A DNA stretch of 64,000 bases from Gnetum montanum (lineage: Eukaryota; Plantae; Gnetophyta). The stretch is taken from NCBI GenBank assembly GCA_015680685.1, contig MNCI01002119.1, positions 338,923 to 402,922 on the forward strand, in the 5' to 3' direction. Shown piece after piece: positions 39,773 through 51,460 of the stretch. Position 1 is the stretch's first letter, and every line of letters begins with the position of its first letter. The translations under genes and the position numbers were made by a program. The notes below the pieces were generated by a model, which was not told where the DNA came from, did no database searches, and was given only the letters and a program-made list of their open reading frames with translations.

Positions 39773-40346
39773 TTGCGAATTTGACTTGCAAAACTGCCAA
39801 GAATGGAAGTTGTTACATTTTTTTTGTTACCATGATACAATGATAGAAGGTTTTAGTGGTACGTGTTAATAGGGTGCCAATTTAAGGTCTTAGCGGACTG
39901 TTACAATATACACAATTTGCAAGAAAACAGCAAGCCAAGTCTCCTAGGTATTAGCGTAAGGTTTCTGTGAACTATGATGAAAGGTATACCGTGGCATGTC
40001 TAGTGTGTCAATATAGCTAATTTATAATTTTATGCTCACCGTAATTAATGCGACTGAATTACGAGATGATAAGCTATGTGTTAGTTTAGGGTCTTTTTGG
40101 ACTGCAATCAATGCAACATCTACGAGATTAATGTTGCGATCTTCATGCTTCATGTGAAACTGACATGCTTGCCTTTCGGGAAAGTTCACGTTGATCGGAT
40201 ACGAAAAGTAGCAAGTCTTCACCATCACACTTATAAGTAGATGGTTCATCCTAAGAGTAATACTGTAAACATTGCGAGGTTGAGCTAGGTTAAAGCAAAA
40301 AGAAAGCTTAAGTAAACAATGTTTTGAAGATAGTTTAGGCGTAACC

Positions 40347-43300
40347 ATGGCACCGAAGACCAAAGGAAAACATGCCAAATTGGTAAAGATCGATGAAGTG
40401 TAGGAGAGTTTGAAATGGATTTCAAAGGCCTAGGTTGAAACTAGGGAGGCTACTCCACTCTCCCGGTAAATCATTTTTTATATATTTCCTACAAAATTGT
40501 TGTTTTTATTGTCATGGCATTGTAATTGTATTTGTTCCAAAGATGTGCATTGTGTTAGATGTTGATACCTTCCTGTGTGAGCTAAGCTATTGTGATTTGT
40601 AATATTTACCCCTATTGCTATTGTCAGAGATATACCTTGCACTGTCACAAGGGTTTTAGTGATCTTGGGTAATATTATGCAAACATGATGCATAACTAAT
40701 TAGGAGTCTAGGTATTGTACCCTTCTGTAGTGTAGATATGGTTTCGTTGTCTTGCCCATGATGGTTGCATGTTACACTAGAGTAACATGCGGTGTTACCT
40801 TTATCACCATTGTCAGAGACAGACCTTGCACCGTTGCGAGCGTTTGGGCTATTTTAGTAGTGCATCTCTAGTGTAACATGTAATTTTCTGGAAGTCAAGA
40901 TAATGAGAACCCTAGTGTTGCGTAATTGATTTTTATGAGCGTTTTTTTTGATTTGGTGGTTCTGACGTTGTTAAATGTCTAAATTATTTTTTTCTAATGG
41001 TATTGTGCTTCATTGTAAAGGATTACACTAAAGCCCTTCCTGATTGTCTTGGACATCATGGGCGTTTTGTTCTATTTACATGTCCCTACATCCAGTGTTC
41101 GTCCTCCTCATGCTCATGTAGGGGAGGAGGAGGTTTGGTTCCGAAAAGGCACACAGGAGTTTTTGCAATTTTTGCTACATAATTTTAGTGTAATTATCTG
41201 GTCGCATCTACCGGCCGAAACTACCACCATCATTTTCGAGATGCCACTGGTTGGGTCAATGCAGAGTAGCTTAACATTTCTAGTGTATGAATCAATCAAG
41301 ACCGTGAGGGGGCAAGACTACGAACAGAGTGCTAGGGGTTTGAGGTGTTTATCTTGGATCTGGGAGATGCCCAAGTTTGATTGTTATCACACCTACAACA
41401 TGCTGTTCGTGGCTCGTCATCTCACGACCTATTTCCAGAATCCACCTAGCATCGTGTATTATGCTAGCGGGTAAGTGTTTTCATGGTGTCATGATGTGCT
41501 AACTATTGTATTAAGTATAAAAAATTGTCTACATTCTGTGATGTAGGTTTTTCATCGATGCAAATGGTCTTCAAGGTGATATGGGCATGTTATCCATGGC
41601 CGAGATGGCCATAAAGGAATTTAGTTCCATCAGCAACATGCATGCTGGTGTACTAGGACAACTAGGATTTGAAATCCCACACTACCCTATTTGCTATGTC
41701 AAATTCTTCGCCAAGTGTAAACGCTCAGGATGGCTGGACAAGGAGTGGACTTTGGATCATCCTATTACCATTGAGGATGTGTAGGAGAAAATTCTATTGT
41801 TTTCTTTGCCTTTTGGATGAGGTAAATTATGCTATGATTTTTAACTGCATAATCTTTTAGGATGGGAACAGTGTATGAAATTGTATTATTTTATTGTGCT
41901 ATCTAATCTGTTATTTTATGTTCATAGTTAGGAAATTATGGGAGGTTACGGTGATAGCTTCTGGGCATGAGGCGAGCAATCTCTTCTTCCGTTATGGTGA
42001 CATAAAAGAAGCGTAATGTTGGATCTACCACGGAGTGGCCCTAGTTTCCATAACCAATAACCTCTAGGAAGCTGGACTGATGGAGCTATTTTTGGCTGTA
42101 ACCCTCGATGTCACTGTAGTGGAAATGGTAACCCTAGTCGACTCCTTCAATGAAGAAGTTGAGCATCTTCACATGCGCGTGCGTAATGTGGATGTGAGTT
42201 TTGATATTAACACTTGACTATTCATCAACTTTTTTAGTGTTCCTTCTGATGGTCTTCTAGTAGAAGGAAGGTCAAAGAGGGGTTCTAAGTGTCAGAAGGA
42301 CATAGAGGAGTGGCTAGGGGTTAAAAAGAAACCAAAAGGCATTCTCACCGACAAGATCAAGCTAGAGGTGGCTAATATTATTTATCATCTCTTCTAGGCT
42401 CGCACCTTCCCCAAACTACTCTCCTAGGGAAGAATCCTTACCATAGAGCAGGCTTGGATCATGCGGGAGGTTATGGAGGAGGGGACACAGTATAATTAGG
42501 CTAGTTACCTCGCTGAAGGCTTGCAAGCTGAAATGGTCAAGCTTCGCAAGAAGCTTGAGTCATGTTTCAATGTGCAATTTGCCTTTTTCATAGCTTGCTT
42601 TTGATGTTTTGTCGAATTCCTAGTGGTTCTCAGGGATGGAGTCTGGGTGCAGCAAGACTGTAACCAGATTTCCAAACCATGGATTTCCCAGGTCTTTCTC
42701 ACCATCCAATCCCAAGATCCTCCTGAAGGTATCGGAGAGTGATTTTCACTAACGACTAAGGATTTGGTGGTGCCTTGTGTGTGAGGCCAAGATAGCATGG
42801 GTGGCGCACCTCCTTCTTACACTGGCAATGCGTCCAGGGGAAAACACCTTGTAGTAGAAATAGTGGATTCATCAGTTCAGCAAAAAAAACATTATCCAGC
42901 TGTGGAGTCTTTTGGCCCGACTGGAGAAGAGGGAAGAAAACAACGAATTAAATGTCATAGGAACGATCCTCCGACTAGTGAGTAGAAGATGTATTACGCT
43001 ACGTATAGATGTCGTTGCATCGCATAGCGCTTGTAAGAAGTAAGTAAAGTTTTGTTTTGAATAATTGTGTTGTTTGACAGACAAAGGAAAAGATGCAAAG
43101 GAGTTGACCCCTGAAACAGGGGCCATAGTTTTACGGCGTGGAGAGGGGACCCAAATTTTGGAAAAGGAGGCCCCTATTAGTAACATAGGTGGCACACAGG
43201 TTCCTGTGCCTGAAGGAGAGAAGGGTGTAAAGGATGTTGAGGTCCTTTCAGATGATCTGGGAAAGAAGAAGTGGTTTGTCATTGATGAGTTTGACTTTTC

Positions 43301-44798
43301 TGTGGAGGGAAAATCTCTCGCTGCTACTCCTGGGGTTTTTTTTGAATTGAGCTTTGTGTTATCGTAACGTCTCAATTGCCTTTATGTCTACCGTGCTATG
43401 TCTAACTCATTTTGTCTACATAGTAGGCACTTCTAGTAATAGCGGCATACCTTTTTCAGTAATCCCAACTCAGCATTGGGGTGAGACTCTTGATAAATTT
43501 GCCTTCATGAAGGGCATCGTGAACGATATGATCAGTCACCTAGAGTGAATCGATCCTGAGATTGGTATGTTACTATTATTGCGTAGGGATTGTTGTCATT
43601 GCAACATTGCGTTATTTCGTTGCGTCTAACTGTTATTTTTCTGTTACAGGGTCTTGCCTCATATGGGATCCCAAAGAGCCTGTTGACCTAGACATTGCTC
43701 CCGAACCCTCACTAGAGATGACCACAGTGCCACACAGTCTTTATGATGAGATGCACATATGTGCATTACACTTGACCTGCTCATTATGGGAGTGCTAGAA
43801 CGTCAACGAAGATCTTTGGAGGAGGTTGTAGAAAATAGAAAAGGAGAAAATAGTCCTAACTGATAGGGTTGAGGATCTGGAGTCCCGAAATAAATTTTTG
43901 CAAGCTTGGGATACCAATGATAAGAATTGGCAGAAAGCTGTGATTAACTACGCCCGTTATTGGATGGTCGTCAAAAATAACGTCCAAGCCAGCCATGAGC
44001 TCATTAAGCAATGGATGTAAATGGATCTCCTAGCCCAGAAGAGCCAAGACTAGAAGGATTTTAGTGTGAGGGTCCAAACATGGGGTCAGGCACAAAAGGA
44101 CAATAAGCATGTGTATAAGCCAGAAGTGTTGCCTATCACCAACATTACAGGGATTCTGCTGTTGAAGCACGGTCCCTCTAGCTATTCCTTGATGTAATCG
44201 GTGCCTCTAGGATGTATGAAAAGTTCTAGGAGCAAGTGACAGTAACTACCTCCCCTGAGAGAGAAATGACTCTCCCTAGCGAGGAGACTATTGTCCCTTC
44301 CTTCTTTCCTGAACCACCCCGATGGACTCCTATGGAAAAGGGGAAGGTTAAGGCTGGAACTGATTTAGGGGATGGCATTTGGTCTAAGCTCACTGAGGAC
44401 GAGAACATGCAACACCTATGGGTCAACTTGGAAAAAATTACTTTCACAGCTGATGTAGGACCATCACAGGTAAGTTGTACAAGTGTTGTACTCTTGTTAC
44501 GTAGTTTCAGTGGCGACGCTAACATTTGTTTCATATCAAATCGTAGGATCGACATGAGGAGGCACCGCATGAAGAGGAGCGTGATGGAGATGATGGCCCC
44601 CATGAAGAAGGTCCCCATGAGGAGGAGCATGATGAAGGCGATGGCGCTCATGAAGAAGGTCCCCATGAGGAGTCCCATGAAGAGGATCGTTCACATAAAG
44701 AAACACCATGCAAAGAAGATCCTTACGAAGATGACCCTCACGAGGCAGAGGTGGGGTTAAATGACACAAATGAAAGTGGTGGCAAAGGGGATGTGTAG
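40347..44798 (+). pseudogene. Antisense multi-exon accessory gene of C: FCP1/NIF-like HAD domain, PMD-like domain, coiled coil, acidic tail
   Basis: Exons 40347-40465, 41021-41470, 41547-41821, 41928-42977, 43081-~43332, ~43423-43564, ~43650-44469, 44547-44798, mostly with canonical GT-AG; frame-consistent where checked (introns 1-4 and last). Collinear protein homology to 55891-60755. Contains premature stops. Confidence 0.8.
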
Positions 44799-44929
44799 CA
44801 TGCTGATATTAGCTCAAACATCTTGTCACAATGAAAAGGAATAAAGAGTAGCATTCTTGGATCAATGTGATCGTAAAATAATTTTTTTTTTCATTTTTGA
44901 AAGGAAATGTATTGTTAGAAAGGTTATGC

Positions 44930-45095
44930 GTTTTAGGCTGCTACAAGCCATTAATAGTTTAAGGCCATTTTGGGCCAATTTATCATAAGCGTAAAAGAGT
45001 AAAGAGAATTTCCAGTTTTAGGCCATTTTGGGCCATTTCGTCGTAAGCATAAAAAAAGTAAACAAAATTGCCAGTTTTAGGCCATAGCGGGCTGT
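44930..45095 (-). repeat. Hairpin+TAAACT motif array after C's gag-PR stop
   Basis: Minus strand GGCC-CAAAAT-GGCC-TTAAACTA, GGCC-CAAAAT-GGCC-TAAAACTGG, AGCC-CGCTAT-GGCC-TAAAACTGG. Confidence 0.75.
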
Positions 45096-45194
45096 TAAAA
45101 GCGTAATGATAACGATGTGGTATAAAAGAATGTGGACTGCATGACAATAAGCAATGTACACTAATATGAAATGTTATGCTAACATGTTTATCAA

Positions 45195-48100
45195 TTAGCC
45201 TCGTAGTTTCTTCTTGATCATTTTCAGACTTGGCAATGTATATGGGCGAGGAGGTTTATTACTTCGTTCCTCTATGCCGCCATCTTCTCCCTGGAAGGGT
45301 AGTTCAGCCCAAGCCAAGCTATCATCAACTACTATCTTGGTCTATTCAAGTGTTGGGACAGGAGACTGATCTTCGGGGATTTCAACCTCTGAACCGTGTT
45401 CCATTTCTACATTGTTAACGGCTTGAGGGATCATCTTATCACCATGGATGATCACTTCCCCTCTTGTGTAGGGCAAGTGGATCTCTTGATGAATGGGTGA
45501 TGAGACTACCCTTAGTTGGGTCAACCAAGACCTCCATAAGATTAGGTTGAAACTAGGCATCTCCTTGATGATGATAAACGCTACGTCTGTGGGGAATTGA
45601 TCCGATAAACCAAGACCTCCCTAATGTGTACCGTTTCCTTGACTTGCACCCATGCCCTATTGAATGACTTTAAACATGACATTATCGTGGGACTGATCTG
45701 GTCAATCAAGTCCAGTTTATCCACTATGGGGTATGGAATGACATTGGCAGTAGCCCCTTCATCTACGTGTACTCTCTAGATTCTGTACTGGCCAACCTGA
45801 GTAGTGATGAACATGGGTGTTGTTGTCACTTGATCCTTTTTTGGGTTGTCCTTAATGGATTCATCATGAAATGTCAATTGGTGAGACTGTGGCTGTTCAG
45901 CAGTGGAAGGAAGCATGATCGAATGGATTGCTTTTCTTCTATGGGCAAATTCTCTTCCACAGGTATGGACACTAACATGCGAACCATGGCTTCATGATGC
46001 TTTTGTAATGTCATCAACAAGTCATAGAGGCTCAGCATTGTATTTTTATTTAAGATTCTGCTTGATTTGCATAAAAGAATTGAAGAGATCATGCCCATGA
46101 TCAAATTTTTTTCTACCCTTCTCTTCTTCCATTCGTCCTAAGAGACGAATCTCCTGAGGAGGAATGGTTTTTGGTTGAGGGTTGCATTTTCTTGGGTTGG
46201 GAGAAGATGGTCACGTTTGCATGATGTCATCTTTGTCAGAGGGTGGGGCCAAGGGTGTTGAGGCGAGGGGTGTGGGCTTGGAAAACCCTAGCGTAAGTTG
46301 GTCCTTGGCTGTGTTATCCATCATACGCTCTTCTCCCTTCCTGTTAGGTTGTGATTGGAGCGTTAGCTTAGAGATTTTTTCCTACATAGTAGGAGCAATT
46401 GATGGCTTTGACACCCTGATGACAAAGGGTGTCCTAGGTGTGGGCGTGGGCTAGGCCACAACTTTACTAGTAGTGGGCTATGGAACGAGGGTTTGAGACG
46501 GGACTCAGAGAACAAAAGGTTATCGTTGAGCTACACTTGTTGATGTTGATGGGCTTGTCATCTAAGGTAGGTGAGGAGGTACACTCAACACAAAGGGCTA
46601 CTTTGGCTATTCCTAGCTATCTCCCTCTATGCCCACTATATTGATAGTGTACCTTGCATTATTTGCATTTAACGGGTCTTGGTACACATGCATGGACTGG
46701 TTTTCCGAACGGACTAGACTACTACTATCTAAGATCAATTTACCTTGGTTGATCATGCATTGAATGTCATCTTTCAATGCCCATCTGTAATCCGTGTCAT
46801 GACCACACAGCTGGTGATAGTCACAGAAAGGATCCAGCCTAATGTTTTTGGGAACTGTTGGTTCGTTAGGTAGAGCCAAGGAGGGGTTCTTAAGTAGATC
46901 ACAATGCCTTCTATGGTGTTTTAGACCCTTCTCAGATACCTTCTTTTGTTGAATGTGGCTAGTTCCTAGTAGTTGCTTCAAAATTTCTGAAGGCTTTACA
47001 TGTAGAGCTGTGTATTTTGAGCGATCTTTACACTCAAAATTAGGCTTCGGCTATGGGGATGCCTCAGGGGCGGGTGATGTTTCCTGATCGGTGCTATTTG
47101 AGCTAGTTGCGACCTCAGCAAGTGTCGTAGATACTTTCTTGTTGTTATTTTTCTTCTTGGTCCCTTTGGCCACCACTACTATGGTCATTGTTGTAGCTTT
47201 GCCTTCGTCTTTTCCCTTGTTGTGGGCATTTTTGTAGACCATGTATGCTAGATCTTTACTAGCCTCTACTGCATCTTGAATGCTCTTAGTCTAAGTGAAG
47301 GCTTGGCTGAGGGAGTGGGGAGTAAGGTAATATAATTTGGACTTAATGAAGTCATTGACTACCCCATTGAAGATTGCCAATAGATGGGCCTCCATGATAG
47401 GTTCACGGATTTCATTCAAGGTTGCGCTCCACCGCTGTATAAGCTTTTGAACTAGCTCAAGTGGATCTTGCTTGACTCCCATGAGCTGATCCAGCATGAC
47501 TTATGGTTTCAGGTTGTATTTGAAACGAGTCATGAATTAAGTTAATAGCTCTTCCAAGGTTCAGATGGAAGAGCGTGGAAGTGCACGATACCAATCTAAA
47601 GCTTTATCCATTAGGGACATAGCAAAGACATGAATGATGGTATGTGATCATTACTATAGCATTGGGATTTCCTTCCCCATTTTATTTTGTAAAATGGAGG
47701 AGTGGCATCCCAGGAGGTAATGACAAAATAGGTACTACTAGACTAATAGGATCATCATGGTAAAAATCCATGACCTGTATTGTATCATAGCTGGTAGCCT
47801 TGAGGTGTTTAACTTCCTCAGTGAGGGTTTGAATAAGCTAGAAGACTTGATCCAGACCTATGGACAAAGAGGTGGGTTGTGAAATGGCAGGAGGAGCCAT
47901 GCTAGGTGGTAGGATAGGGGTGGTAGCTTGGCCTATGTGTGATGTTATTGGAACCATCCTTGTAGGCGGTGTCACTTGTTAAATCCACCACTCGGTAGGT
48001 GGTGTAGATGGGACAACCACCGTCAACTGTGCCATGGGATACGCTATTTTCGTGGTTAGGGGCACAGAAAATGACCCTACAGTGGGGTTTAGGGTCTACG

Positions 48101-48922
48101 GGACTTGGTGCTGATGGTGGTGAATATGGGACTTCTACGTAGGCTGCACAACAAGGGATGATGTGTTTGGAACCCACCACACAGTAGTGGCGGGTCTTGT
48201 CATGTAAGCTGGGATGAATGTAGGTGCTATGTGTAATTGCAAAGTAGGTGCTGTGTGCACATATGGTGACATAGGTGCAGGCATACGATGAGATGGATTA
48301 GCTAACTGTGCTTGCGGAGGAATGATTTGTGAAGGGTCATCACCCAGAAGGGTAGCTGAAGAGAAAAAATGTGATTGGGGCAAGTGCAGGACATGGTTAG
48401 CATTAGATAATGACAAGGGTGTAGTGACCATGAACAACGGATTCACACGGGACACCATGGAGGGAGGGGCCATAGCAAAGCTAGTGTGACTACCTCCCTT
48501 GGAATGGAAATATAGATCCTCTTTCCCATCATGAAGTGCTTCATCACGAAACAACTCCTCTCTTGTTCTATTGATGCCCTGGCCATCAACAGTTGGTCTA
48601 AGATCCACTGTTGTTGGTCCGTCAGAGGTATAGTGGCATTAGGTGAAGGAATGAATTCCTTCCCATTGTAGTATATGAACTCATATTCACGTTTTTCTTC
48701 GAGTTCTTGTGGATACATAGGAAAATTTGCTGCAAGTTTAGCATAGAGGAAATTGTAATGTTCCCTGCACTGAGCATGTTCCTCAGGCTCTTTATTTTGG
48801 AGCCTGAGGGATCGACGCAGTTGAACTGGACTAGTTGGCGGCTCAACAAAAGGAGGTGTAACTTGCAGCATCCAAGGGTTTTTGAGGTTAGCAGTGTCAA
48901 CAACGGTGGTTGATGCGGGCAT
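45195..48922 (-). pseudogene. gag: C gag-protease
   Basis: LRRSLRLQNK, gag core, knuckle CDYHQLCGHDTDY, protease region, tail WAELPF..KKKLRG*. Confidence 0.88.
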
Positions 48923-49160
48923 TTTCTACGCAAATAGAGAGTAATGACATAAGGATAGAGATCATAAGGGCAAAGGCAAGCTAAGGCAAAAGAGAAATAA
49001 TAGGCTTTCTATAGTGTAGGATTCCAAAGGAATCATCAAAGCAACTGATCTTTACCACATGTTCTTGTAAACAACCATGGAGGTATTATATTTATGTTAG
49101 TCAAAAATGGGTACAGAAAGCTTACAGGACTACCCGTGAAGCATAGATCAGAGGTTCAGG

Positions 49161-49177
49161 CCCTCCTTCTAGCGCCA
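49161..49177 (-). promoter_or_regulatory. PBS of C (tRNA-Asn type)
   Basis: Perfect TGGCGCTAGAAGGAGGG on the minus strand. Confidence 0.9.
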
Positions 49178-49183
49178 AAAAAC

Positions 49184-50480
49184 TATAATGATGGAAAACG
49201 TCGAGCGCTGGAAACACCAAGTGAATTTTTGTGTACATAGTTCCAACCCTGGATCCGTGTGAGGGCCATGCTAGAGAAAAAAAATTTGAGGTGCCCTGAA
49301 TGGTCTTGTCGATCAAAAAGGGACTTACTTAAGTAGTAAATTTTGTAGTGATTGGATCACAAGATGATGATTTCAATATGAGGGTATAATATCGATTGAC
49401 GAGAAAACGAGATCTGCTCCAAGATTAGATCTTGAAGGTAGTGATAACATTGTAAACGATGCAAAACAGTTATAAAATCAATGTAAATAAAATGTAACAA
49501 ATCAAATTTGGAGAATGTGCAATCCCGAAATTTGGGATTGAACTTATAGACCAATACGTTGAATATAATGGTTGTAAGCAGACTTCGGTTTAGACGAAGT
49601 GCATGCCAAGAACAAGAAGCTATTCAGAGATGAAACAAGCAAAGGCCAATCTACCTTGTTCTCTAGCCAATTTGGGTACAAGGGAGTCCAACTCGAAGCA
49701 AAATGTCTGTTAACTTCAAATATTTGACCAAAGGCTTCTCTCTGTCACCGTCTATATTCTTTTGATTGCCGATTCTCTTTTGTTCTCTCGCCAATATTTT
49801 GCCAAAATTTCCAACAATTGCCAATAGTTTTCAAATCCAATTTTACCTACCCTTTGATCATTTTCAACTGGGGTATTTATAAGATTAGGGTTAGGAGAAC
49901 AACGCGATTTAGATGAGATGTGTCCTGGGCCCACAAAATACCCTTGACCTAATGTGCCATTGCTGAAGTTTGTAATATTATGTTACGCTACACTCTAAAG
50001 CGTAATATGGCATAATCTAAACTTTTCTTTGATGTTGCAGGATTTTCAAGGCTTCGGTAGCAAACTGTGCTACGATTACATTGCAATATGCTAGGGAGCA
50101 TATCGTGGCATAAGAACCACTAATACTTGAATTTTTCTATCCCTGTCATTGTGACTAGATCGACTATCTATTTGCATTATGCTGCGTTACGCTACATTAC
50201 GCTGCATTACGCTACATTACGCTGCGTTGCATAACATGGCATAATATGCCAAAAGTTAAGATTTTTGAAACATAGCTAACCTTCAAGGTTGAAGCATTGC
50301 CACTACGCACCCCTTGTTTTGTTTTGTCTTCTCAAGTCTATTACGCTATGCTGCGTAGCATAGCGTAATAGGCCCTTAGCCAAAAAGGGAACTTGCTGAG
50401 CTACGCCACTTGTAGAAATATTTTGCCTAAACTTTGAGACCTTGCTGAATCATTGAGGTCTCAAAATTCACGATGTTTCA
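49184..50480 (-). repeat. 5' LTR of C
   Basis: Matches 13858-15123; minus-strand start TGAAACATC; adjacent to the PBS. Confidence 0.92.
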
Positions 50481-50485
50481 ATCTT

Positions 50486-51221
50486 GGGGTGGGGACTCCA
50501 TTTCTGATAGGCATTGTTAGCACATAGGATTCCAGCATGTGCATTTTCGACAACGTGGTTATAGTATAGCAAGGTTTGAGGCCAGCAAAACACACCTACA
50601 TTGTACCATCAGGTTTTCATAGTGGCGTCCAGGACATGTAGCACCTAAACCACATTTATCTCATACTCCTAGCCTTATAAATACCCCAGCAAACAACACT
50701 CAAAGGGTTGGCTTTTCCGATTGGCTTTCCTGATAAAAACAAAGAATCGGTATCTTTACATTAATAAGAGTAGTTGGCTTGTCGACATCTAGCATTGACT
50801 GGCATAGTTGGCATTTTCTCTTGAGCACTCTAGTTACTCTTGATTCCTCTGTGCACCTCCAATGTTGTATAACTTGTTATACATCCTTCAAAGAGACAAA
50901 GAATCAAAGCTACGATCTTGAAGTGGTGCATTCTCTCACTCTAGTTTGCTTTATGTTTCTATTTATTATCATCGTATTTTGCATCATCTTTGTCCCATTG
51001 CATTTAATAATCATTATATTACACTACGAGCATCATTTTTTGAAGTAAAACATTTATGTAAGGTTAAGATTACACTGATTAAGTTCTTGTCTAATTGACT
51101 GGACCTTTCAGGGCACCCTAAGTTCATTTTCTCCAACGCGGCCCTTGGACAGATCTGGGGTTAAACTGTTTCACCTGGTAACCTCTCAGTGTTCCAGCCA
51201 CTAACATTTTCGGTCACTATA
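50486..51221 (+). repeat. Right part of E's 5' LTR
   Basis: TATAAATA at 50676-50683; ends GTCACTATA; collinear with B LTR 10950-11749. Confidence 0.82.
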
Positions 51222-51226
51222 GTTTT

Positions 51227-51243
51227 TGGTGCTAGAAGGAGGG
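51227..51243 (+). promoter_or_regulatory. PBS of E
   Basis: TGGTGCTAGAAGGAGGG. Confidence 0.88.
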
Positions 51244-51460
51244 CCTTTGATGCCCCTTTTATGTCTCATGGGTAGTTCTGCATGCTCTCTGTACCCCATC
51301 ACTCACCAATGCAAACGTGACACCCTTGTGGTTGTTTATGCATCATGTGGTACAGACTTGTCATAACGACAATTCCTTTGGAACCCTATAGGAAGAAAAG
51401 CCTTCGATCACCTCTTGATCTCTATTTTTCTTGCTCGTAAATCATTTTCAACCTCGCAAA

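Larger units (their letters stand above)
33924..42370. repeat. Direct tandem duplication of about 4224 bp (33924-38147 and 38148-42370)
   Basis: Matching ORFs at a constant offset of 4223-4224 (35138/39362, 36826/41049); junction GAGGTG|GCCAAAAATGGCCCAG at 38147/38148; scattered substitutions between copies. Confidence 0.97.
13858..50480 (-). mobile_element. Element C: full-length decayed Tat/Ogre-type element containing D and a tandem duplication
   Basis: Paired LTRs 13858-15123 and 49184-50480, PBS, PPT and all domains in order. Flanks GTCCT (13853-13857) and ATCTT (50481-50485) fit a 5-bp TSD with two transitions. Confidence 0.92.

Noticed and set aside
44236-44760. Met/Arg/Lys-rich C-terminus of the 174-aa ORF
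   Set aside because: It reads through an intron (44470-44546); the spliced frame gives an acidic PHEE-repeat tail consistent with E's acidic last exon.
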